Translations under genes and position numbers: made by a program
Notes under the pieces: generated by a model
Seen by the model: the letters and a program-made list of their open reading frames with translations, nothing else
Databases searched by the model: none
What the model was told of the DNA's origin: nothing
Part shown: piece after piece, positions 56,909-64,000 of the stretch
Layout: every line of letters begins with the position of its first letter
How positions within the stretch are numbered: the stretch's first letter is position 1
DNA from: an uncultured delta proteobacterium
Lineage (GTDB): Bacteria > Desulfobacterota > Syntrophia > Syntrophales > Smithellaceae
NCBI GenBank assembly: GCA_963812045.1
Contig: CAWETF010000003.1
Coordinates: forward strand, 40,209-104,208
Direction of reading: 5' to 3'
DNA: 64,000 nucleotides

Positions 56909-57264
56909 GCCTCCATTTTTACCATTCAGCCGATATTGATGTAGAGACAATGGGAGAGCTTTTTATCTACGGGTTAGTTGGCGATATTTGATACGGTGGG
57001 GCTGGCTGGCGGCAGTAAAAAACAAACTTTGTACAACCTATGCTTGGCTTGTCAGACAGTGTCCAATCAAGATGTGCCTTGACAATTGTTACACAAAAAA
57101 TAGATTGATGAAGTAGAATAAAAAATAAAGATTACCAGTTGAAAGACGTAACGGTCAAGCTCTCTGGCAATGATGTAGCGCAAGGAAATGACTGCCCGGT
57201 GCAACTTCTTATTAGCCACTAGTTCTAGATAGCTTTATACAAGTTCTTTGGTGTGTATTGACTT

Positions 57265-58056
57265 TTATCCTCCGTACCAACACTTTGGTAGTACAAGAGG
57301 GGAACCCATAGCGTCATTATCACAATCAAGCGGATTCGGAAAATTATTTTGGTACGAAGTCTTTTCCATTCGGTCGTTTCTCAGAAACGTGAACTCCATT
57401 ACTTGAGGGATATCAAGCCCATTTATTTGTAAATGGGATTCGAAGTTGTTTGGGTGGATGTGTATGCAAGAGTGTGTTTCCAAAATTTTTTCGAATGCAC
57501 GTCCAGCCAAGTTAAAGAACGGCCAACTCCAAAGCATATTGAGTGAATGGAACTCTGCGACGATGATTCTAAATCTTTGCATTAAGGCATCGGATGTAGA
57601 TAGAAATACTTCGTACTCATACCCTTCAATGTCGATTTGTAATAACAAATCAGTGTGTTTCTCCAGAAGAGATGAAGCCACCCAATTGTCAAGGGTCGTG
57701 AAATCGTCATTTGATGTGACACCAACGAATTTTTTTGTAAAGTAAAATAGTTCATTCTTAACGGCTGATCCGTCTACAGATTTATCGGCTAGAAAAACCT
57801 TCATACCTAACTCGGCACAATCTTTTTCAAATCCAGAGGCAAAGCCGACCCCAGGAGAGAAACATGCCTGAATCCCCACAAGATCATTAGGAACCAAATA
57901 GCCACCATCACCTTTTGGACCTAAGCGAATAAGCTCTTTGTCGGTGGATAAAGGAGAAAGCTTTTTCAATAAGGATTGAAGCTTTCTCCGATCCGTCATT
58001 GGGGTCGTAAACCTGTTTACTCTGGCAAGAATTTTTGTTAGAAAATTTCTTTTCAT
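57265..58056 (-). CDS. FkbM-family methyltransferase
   Basis: LLQIDIEGYEYEVF matches the FkbM-domain motif (KIDIEGxExxVL). GGGAGG RBS before MKRNFL. Confidence 0.6.
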   Translation of the reverse strand: MKRNFLTKILARVNRFTTPMTDRRKLQSLLKKLSPLSTDKELIRLGPKGDGGYLVPNDLVGIQACFSPGVGFASGFEKDCAELGMKVFLADKSVDGSAVKNELFYFTKKFVGVTSNDDFTTLDNWVASSLLEKHTDLLLQIDIEGYEYEVFLSTSDALMQRFRIIVAEFHSLNMLWSWPFFNLAGRAFEKILETHSCIHIHPNNFESHLQINGLDIPQVMEFTFLRNDRMEKTSYQNNFPNPLDCDNDAMGSPLVLPKCWYGG

Positions 58057-58204
58057 AGGAGAACCTCCCGACAATTCTGATCTGCTCCGAATACTTGTAC
58101 CATAAGTTAAGTTAGGATTCAGGCATTTTTAATATCTCATAAACAGATAGGTTTGATTGTCAGTCTGAGCAAGTTGTCCTCTTGCTCCAGTATGTCGAAA
58201 ATAA

Positions 58205-59137
58205 TTATTTGATTTCTTGAATTTTCTTACACAATCTAACAAATGGGTGTTCCTTTTGCCGCTCAAGCAATCTGATGAAATCCGGTTTGAAGGGTTCCGA
58301 TCGCCAATTAAAATAGCTTCGGTATAACGCATCATCTTTGGATACGGACAGAATGTATCGAGCTAGAGATTCAGGGCTATCCCAATCAGATGCATTTATA
58401 AAACATTTATCACCAGGCGCAAAATCATCTATATTCGGAGCGCCCAGATATATAGGCACGGAACCTGCAATCAATGGATCATAAAATTTTTCGGTGACAT
58501 AGTCTCTTGCAATGGCATTTTCAAATGCTATAGTGAACTTATAATCAGAAATGGTATCCATCTTGGATTGACGTCCCGTATCCTTTTCAAGGATTTTATT
58601 TCGAAGAACCTTTCCGTAAGAATGGACATCCAAGTAATTCATTAAGGTCTTTAAATATTTCAACCGGCCGCTTTTGTGAAAAGAACTTGAAATAAATGCA
58701 CAAACATTTTTTTCATTAGCTTTTTCCGGAACTGTTCTTTTTTGCAAGTCCTTGAGGGTATAATCAAAGTATGGTGTGAAGATATCCGCATCCATATGGT
58801 GGGTCATTGTCAAATCAAAAGAGTTCATGAAAGATGGCTCTCTGAAATGAGAATAATTAACTTCACATTCCATAAACCATGCGACCCATATTTGCCTCCT
58901 TTTTTTCCTTAGACGTTTGTAGCGTAAAGAAATAGGATACATTGAAGGGATATAGCGAAAAATATTATTAAAAAAAGGAGAATGAAGCGAAGGAAGATGA
59001 AATACGACAGCAACGGCATCTTGCATTAACCTTCGATCTTGAGTTAATTCAAATTCCTCTGGAATATCTGCCTTGTTATAGTAAAGTGGCAAATTAAACA
59101 TCGTATTATAGAAAAGAATAATTTGTGATTTTTTCAT
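58205..59137 (-). CDS. GT10-family glycosyltransferase (alpha-1,3/4-fucosyltransferase-like)
   Basis: YKFTIAFENAIARDYVTEKFYDPLIAGSVPIYLGAPNI corresponds to the FucT signature (FxxxFENSxxxxYVTEKxxDxxxxxxIPIYxG). Confidence 0.75.
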   Translation of the reverse strand: MKKSQIILFYNTMFNLPLYYNKADIPEEFELTQDRRLMQDAVAVVFHLPSLHSPFFNNIFRYIPSMYPISLRYKRLRKKRRQIWVAWFMECEVNYSHFREPSFMNSFDLTMTHHMDADIFTPYFDYTLKDLQKRTVPEKANEKNVCAFISSSFHKSGRLKYLKTLMNYLDVHSYGKVLRNKILEKDTGRQSKMDTISDYKFTIAFENAIARDYVTEKFYDPLIAGSVPIYLGAPNIDDFAPGDKCFINASDWDSPESLARYILSVSKDDALYRSYFNWRSEPFKPDFIRLLERQKEHPFVRLCKKIQEIK

Positions 59138-59204
59138 ATTAATCCCTGCATGTGCACAAAATTCCTAATCTTGTCTCCGTAATAACCATTTCTAACGGTT
59201 CTTA

Positions 59205-60350
59205 TTATTCCGGTTCTAATGAATTGATGCACTTTTTTGCGATAAGCGCCGAGTTGAAATTTTGTTTAACATATTCCCTTAATCGCATTCCCTTTTCCTC
59301 GGCGCTTTTTTGATCTTCAAATACCTGACGCATCAATTGCCGGGCATGCGCCAAATCAGGCTCTGCCCACCGTTGGTCAATAGTATATGATTGTCCGCCT
59401 CCTTCACAGCGCACAGGTATCAATTCATATTTCACATGGTAAGATAGATTATACGGTAGGTAATCAAGAACGCCACCGATGCCGGTTATGATTATAGGCT
59501 TGCCCAACCATGCCGCTTCATAGGAGCCCATTCCCCAGCCTTCTCCGCGCCCAAGTGAAACAAAGCAATCGCCCCTTTCATGGAGCCAGGCTATATCATT
59601 GTCGGACATTTCTTCATCCAGAAGAATAACTTCCGGGCCATTCGTTCCCGATCTCATGATCTTTTTGAATGCGTTTGCCGCATTCTCCGGCGCTGATTGC
59701 CACGGCTTGTACCATTTGCGTTTGAATTTTGTAAAATCCTGTTTCCCAGTTTTTATAACAAGGACCACCGATTCATGCGGCCTGAATTCCGACAAAAAAG
59801 CTTTCATCAAAAGCCATGGCGCTTTTCGCTCGCTCCAAACGCCGACGTTATAAAAAACAAATCGCTTGCCCATCCGTTCTATCAGTTTTTTCAGTTCCGG
59901 CGATTGTAAAACCTCCGGGAGCTGCCCCTGAAATTGGGATACGTGCGGCAAAACTTCAATTCTTGTTTGAACACCGCATTCGTGGAAGATCTCCCGATTC
60001 CAGTTGCACGGCACAAATATTCCATCCAGAATATTCAACAGTTCAGGCCAGTGACGGGGAATTTTATCGGTCTCCCAAGTAGTATAGCCCCATATTTTTT
60101 TAGACTTTATATTTTGGTTGCGCTCGAATTTGAGCCAATAAGGATAGTACTCAGGCACCGTATGAATAATGACATTATTATATCCTTCCCCGATCTGCAA
60201 TATCGAATGTGGATCATAGGCGGAAACTCCTGCGACGACAGACACCCAATGCACATTTGCAGCTTCCTGCCGCAGGGCAGAAACCATAGTCCTTGCCGCA
60301 ATGCCGTATCCTGTTGAATCATTTAATCCAATGTACTTTATTGTCTTCAT
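59205..60350 (-). CDS. GT-B fold glycosyltransferase (group 1 / GT4-like)
   Basis: The C-terminal motif GEGWGMGSYEAAWLGKPIIITGIGG is an E-x7-E-type nucleotide-sugar site. Confidence 0.6.
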   Translation of the reverse strand: MKTIKYIGLNDSTGYGIAARTMVSALRQEAANVHWVSVVAGVSAYDPHSILQIGEGYNNVIIHTVPEYYPYWLKFERNQNIKSKKIWGYTTWETDKIPRHWPELLNILDGIFVPCNWNREIFHECGVQTRIEVLPHVSQFQGQLPEVLQSPELKKLIERMGKRFVFYNVGVWSERKAPWLLMKAFLSEFRPHESVVLVIKTGKQDFTKFKRKWYKPWQSAPENAANAFKKIMRSGTNGPEVILLDEEMSDNDIAWLHERGDCFVSLGRGEGWGMGSYEAAWLGKPIIITGIGGVLDYLPYNLSYHVKYELIPVRCEGGGQSYTIDQRWAEPDLAHARQLMRQVFEDQKSAEEKGMRLREYVKQNFNSALIAKKCINSLEPE

Positions 60351-60405
60351 ACTTTCTGTAAGGGACGTTTTTTATGATCTGGCCTATGCTATATTCTGCA
60401 GATTT

Positions 60406-61371
60406 TTATGTAACTGCAAAAGACCTCAATGTATTTGTTCCTCGTCTGTATATTTTCGCCAGATATTTCCTACAGGCAAGCGCTCCATTTTCCAAAATAG
60501 CGTTTGCCCTCTGCAGTTCAAATCGCAAACTGCTATATAGTACACCTTCAGGCAAGAAAGGCCGGGCAAGTTCCGCATAGGCAGACTTGGAAAATCCGAC
60601 ATATTCAGGCGTTAATCTTCCGGCATGGAAATAGGACGTGTCAACCCTTTGACGTTCCCACCACATATGACTCCAAAGGTGAATACTATATACTTCTTCG
60701 AGGTTCAACCAGGGCTTTTCAAAAAGCCCCCGGATTCCATCCTCTGTCCAATCATAAAAAAAGAAGGAGCGTTGTGGTTCCACATGAATCCAATCTGGAT
60801 GTTCCCGGCTCAACCGATAAGGTAAAAACGTGCTGTGAGCGCTCCACGTGCCGTCAAAGCATTTATATGTCCAAGCAAGCAGCAGCTTGGCAAAATCAGA
60901 GTTCGGTGCTCCCATCATCCAGGCATTGCATAGAGATCCTCCCGCTGCTCTGGCTGCCGCCGCCTTCCAGTTTACCTTTTCCATGCCCATGACAAATTCA
61001 TGCTCAAAAAAACGTTTCGGAAGTTCATTAATAAACAAAGTGTCTATGTCGGCATATATTCCGCCATACTTAATCAGTATTTCCAGGCGTGCAATATCAG
61101 ACAAGTGTGCATATCGGTATTTACCAATACCAGCATCATCGTAAAAAAATGAAGAGATAAATTTATCGGGCTCAATTTTTCGCATTTGCAGGTATGGAGC
61201 GATCAACTCCCACCAGTATCCCCATGGCATGTGCTGATAATGAAACATGACAGCATCTGGTTTATTGACATGCAGGCACGAAGCAATGCAAAGATAGTGC
61301 ATTAAATGGAACGGCTTTGTTTGCGGATGAAGTCCAAACACAAAATGAAATATGTGAGGTGTTTTTTTCAT
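60406..61371 (-). CDS. GT32-like glycosyltransferase (sugar-binding region with DXD motif)
   Basis: LSDIARLEILIKYGGIYADIDTLFI is the Gly_transf_sug/GT32 motif. Start taken at MKKTPHIFHF after an AGGAG RBS. Confidence 0.7.
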   Translation of the reverse strand: MKKTPHIFHFVFGLHPQTKPFHLMHYLCIASCLHVNKPDAVMFHYQHMPWGYWWELIAPYLQMRKIEPDKFISSFFYDDAGIGKYRYAHLSDIARLEILIKYGGIYADIDTLFINELPKRFFEHEFVMGMEKVNWKAAAARAAGGSLCNAWMMGAPNSDFAKLLLAWTYKCFDGTWSAHSTFLPYRLSREHPDWIHVEPQRSFFFYDWTEDGIRGLFEKPWLNLEEVYSIHLWSHMWWERQRVDTSYFHAGRLTPEYVGFSKSAYAELARPFLPEGVLYSSLRFELQRANAILENGALACRKYLAKIYRRGTNTLRSFAVT

Positions 61372-61399
61372 GCTCCTAACTCCGGCAAGAATACGGCAA

Positions 61400-62656
61400 C
61401 TATCCTGTCCAGATGCGGTTAATAATTTCTGGACCATATTTTGAAGCTGCAAGGCTGAAAGCCCGGCGTGATATTTCATCAGCAAGCAGATTATCGGTCA
61501 TTAGTCGAATACATGCTTCGGCAAAAAGTCGGGCATCATCTTCAACAAATAAATGGACTCTGTTTTCAACTTCCAGTCCCTCTGCACCTTTGGACGTTGA
61601 TACAACAGGAACGCCATGGGCAAATGCTTCCAATATTTTAATCCTCGTCCCCCCTCCGCCGCGTATAGGAACTACAACAATATCCGCTGCGTCATATTCA
61701 GGACGGAGGTCCTTTACCCCACCTGAAAATTTTATCTCCGAAAAATTTTCTAATTGCTTGGTGCATTTATTTTTTGGAAGAGTTCCGACAACACGCAGAT
61801 GCCATTGCTGCCGGCTTTCTTCTCTAAGGATTGGGACTATTTTATCTGCAAAGAATAATAAAGCATCGGTATTTGGATAGTATCCTATGGTTCCCACAAA
61901 AAGCATTGTAAAAACCTTATTAACCCGATGGTTTCTTGCTCTCTTTGGAATCGGCACGACATTCGGCAGGGCAGTAATAACTTTGCCCGAGAATCTACTT
62001 TGAAGAATATCTCTGTCATGGCGTGAACATGTAAATATTTGATCATATCCAGGTATACTTTTTGTCTCAATATTAAAAAATATTGTTGATTCATTGTTGA
62101 GTCTTGATGCCTGAATAAATTCCTTGTTTTGGGAATGTAATCCGCTGATCGATCTTCGTGTTTCTGATTCTATATCATCAATGTCAATAGAGTAAAAAGA
62201 ATCAAGACCAAGATTTCTTAATATTTCTGCTATTGGATTTAGATAAAGCCTGAATACATGAACTCTGTCAAATTTCATGTTTGCTATCATGGCGAGAGTT
62301 TTATTGTGCCGCAAGTATTTACTGTCGCCTAAATCTACTACAAAGCCAAGATCATCACCTTTGATAAAAAGTTTTATTTTGTCTATAAAAGAGCGATATC
62401 GATGCCATAAGCTGAATTTCCACCCTGAATAATGGTAGCGGCAAATGCAGTCAATGTTATCGCAATATTGTTCTATATTATTAGTGGAACGTGTCGGCCT
62501 TTCAGTGATCTCTCCTGCTACAAGGAGATAGATGGAATATATCCGGCTAAGACTTACAATCTGATAGTATGGTCTCATAGCAAAACCCGGCCCATCAGGA
62601 GAGGGAAGGACTGGAGATATGAAGAGAAGCCTGGGTTTCACTGACTTTGGAGCCAT
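61400..62656 (-). CDS. Group 1 (GT4-like) glycosyltransferase
   Basis: VVPIRGGGGTRIKILEAFAHGVPVVSTSKGAEGLE is the GT-B C-terminal signature. Confidence 0.75.
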   Translation of the reverse strand: MAPKSVKPRLLFISPVLPSPDGPGFAMRPYYQIVSLSRIYSIYLLVAGEITERPTRSTNNIEQYCDNIDCICRYHYSGWKFSLWHRYRSFIDKIKLFIKGDDLGFVVDLGDSKYLRHNKTLAMIANMKFDRVHVFRLYLNPIAEILRNLGLDSFYSIDIDDIESETRRSISGLHSQNKEFIQASRLNNESTIFFNIETKSIPGYDQIFTCSRHDRDILQSRFSGKVITALPNVVPIPKRARNHRVNKVFTMLFVGTIGYYPNTDALLFFADKIVPILREESRQQWHLRVVGTLPKNKCTKQLENFSEIKFSGGVKDLRPEYDAADIVVVPIRGGGGTRIKILEAFAHGVPVVSTSKGAEGLEVENRVHLFVEDDARLFAEACIRLMTDNLLADEISRRAFSLAASKYGPEIINRIWTG

Positions 62657-63597
62657 ATAAAATCACGAATATTCTTTTTAAATATTTTGGTCGGCATAAT
62701 ACCGTATCTATAAAGTCTTTTTCTAAGCAGCAAGGTCGTCATCCTGATACCATAGAGAGGGTTGCTCATCAATGCTGCAATCATGGACAGCGAATACCAG
62801 CTGTTATCAACTATTCTTTTGAATATTATTTTCAGCATAAACTCATGCCAGTGATTTTTGACTTCCATTGAATCTAGAATAGCTTTGAAACATGATGCTT
62901 TTGAGAAAGAGAGGGAACCATCAAGGTTTAATGAACTATTCTTCAAGGTGGTTTGGCCGGGATGTTGTCTTATCCCGACAAATGCATTATCAGTGGTTGC
63001 CAGTGTTTCTATTTTTCCCAGAAGTGAAAACCAGAAGAGTGTGTCTTCGCCATGCCAGATATCTTCTCTGAATCTTAGTGGACCGATAGCCTCTTTTTTG
63101 ACAATGCACGAATCAATAGCAATATGGTTAATAAGCAAAGTGGTAATCGGATCTTTTTTGCATGTTTTCAGATTGATTGCCCCGATTGCGTCTCGGGGAT
63201 AAGAGATTGAACATCCACTTTTAAAACTGACTGCCCTTCCAATAACCATCTCCGCATTCCCTTCAGATCCCGGGCTTGCAAAGCAGGCCTCGATAAAATC
63301 AGGGGAAAGAATGTCATCGTCATCCAAAAATAGTATCCAGTCTCCTTTCGATATTGAAATTCCCAGATTACGTGCATATCCAGGCCCTTTATTTGACTGC
63401 AAACGGACAAGAATAATCGAATCATCAAGAGCCCCCATTCTGGAAAGCTTACTCCATTGTTCTGGGCCGGAACCGTTATCAATTATTATTATTTCCAGCG
63501 CAGGGCATGTTTGGTTCAAGACAGATTTTACTGCTTCTAAAAGAAATGCCGGCCGGTTAAAAGTTGGGATGATAACGGAGACATTAAACTGCCGCAT
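62638..63597 (-). CDS. Family 2 glycosyltransferase
   Basis: VSVIIPTFNRPAFLLEAVKSVLNQT...IIIDNGS...FLDDDD (DxD). Confidence 0.8.
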   Translation of the reverse strand: MRQFNVSVIIPTFNRPAFLLEAVKSVLNQTCPALEIIIIDNGSGPEQWSKLSRMGALDDSIILVRLQSNKGPGYARNLGISISKGDWILFLDDDDILSPDFIEACFASPGSEGNAEMVIGRAVSFKSGCSISYPRDAIGAINLKTCKKDPITTLLINHIAIDSCIVKKEAIGPLRFREDIWHGEDTLFWFSLLGKIETLATTDNAFVGIRQHPGQTTLKNSSLNLDGSLSFSKASCFKAILDSMEVKNHWHEFMLKIIFKRIVDNSWYSLSMIAALMSNPLYGIRMTTLLLRKRLYRYGIMPTKIFKKNIRDFIWLQSQ

Positions 63598-63792
63598 AAT
63601 ATATTTCCATACTAACAGATTCAGAAAATACTACTGCAAGATACCGTAAACCTTTTATATCAAGTCCCTCGCCTTTCTGATTATCGTCCCTCAAATTTTA
63701 CCTCTGTATACTTTTTCTCACGTTGTTTATATGGATCGGTGCTAATGACCTGCCCCGAAAAAATGTACAACAAGTGTGCGTTTATCATATAT

Positions 63793-64000
63793 TTAATGCT
63801 TCTGGACAAGAGCTGCCGCACCGAGAATGGCAGCATTTTTTTCCTTTAATTTTGAGGGCAGGAGCTTAACTTTTCCACGGAAAACAGGGGATAGGTTCTT
63901 TTCAAAAGATCTGAGAGTAGGTTCAAAGATAAATTTTCCGGCCCGTGCAAGTCCGCCCAGCAAGAATATAGCTTCCGGATTCATTATGGCCACCACTTCA
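63793..64000 (-). CDS. C-terminal part of a ROK-family sugar kinase/regulator (gene continues beyond the right edge)
   Basis: NPEAIFLLGGLARAG...LPSKLKEKNAAILGAAAL is the typical ROK/glucokinase C-terminus. The reading frame is open to the window end. Confidence 0.7.
   Translation of the reverse strand, partial: EVVAIMNPEAIFLLGGLARAGKFIFEPTLRSFEKNLSPVFRGKVKLLPSKLKEKNAAILGAAALVQKH

Noticed and set aside
1-64000. CRISPR arrays, rRNA genes, IS elements and prophage genes
   Set aside because: Reading both strands, I found no regularly spaced short repeats, no rRNA-like conserved blocks, and no transposase, integrase, capsid or terminase-like ORFs.

Overview
The window reads as chromosomal DNA from a Gram-negative anaerobe. 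A Desulfobacterota-like origin is my inference from gene content only: hypAB, 4-hydroxybutyryl-CoA dehydratase, selC and an HD-GYP regulator. Conserved housekeeping blocks include maf-yggS, uvrA, two SurA/parvulin PPIases, mfd, moeA, pgi-tkt, lgt, trxB, hypAB and yhbY. These alternate with visibly AT-richer accessory blocks. RNA gene: one tRNA-Sec (selC, 15124-15221). Accessory content, in order: (1) a small islet next to selC with higBA flanked by ~60-bp direct repeats, plus two uncharacterised genes, one with an Hjc-like nuclease fold; (2) a glycan cluster (34.0-42.3 kb) combining GDP-heptose genes, a GDP-mannose-3,5-epimerase-like enzyme, a polyprenol-phosphate-type GT2 and two GT-C-like membrane transferases; (3) an ORFan membrane-protein trio (48.0-50.6 kb); (4) an OmpR/HK two-component system divergent from two transcription units of secreted proteins, both preceded by the same 53-nt promoter module carrying an 11-bp-phased direct repeat; (5) a second glycosyltransferase cluster (57.3-63.6 kb) with a GT10 fucosyltransferase-like gene. 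I saw no CRISPR array, rRNA, transposase or integrase. All functional calls rest on motif recognition by eye. No database search was run.
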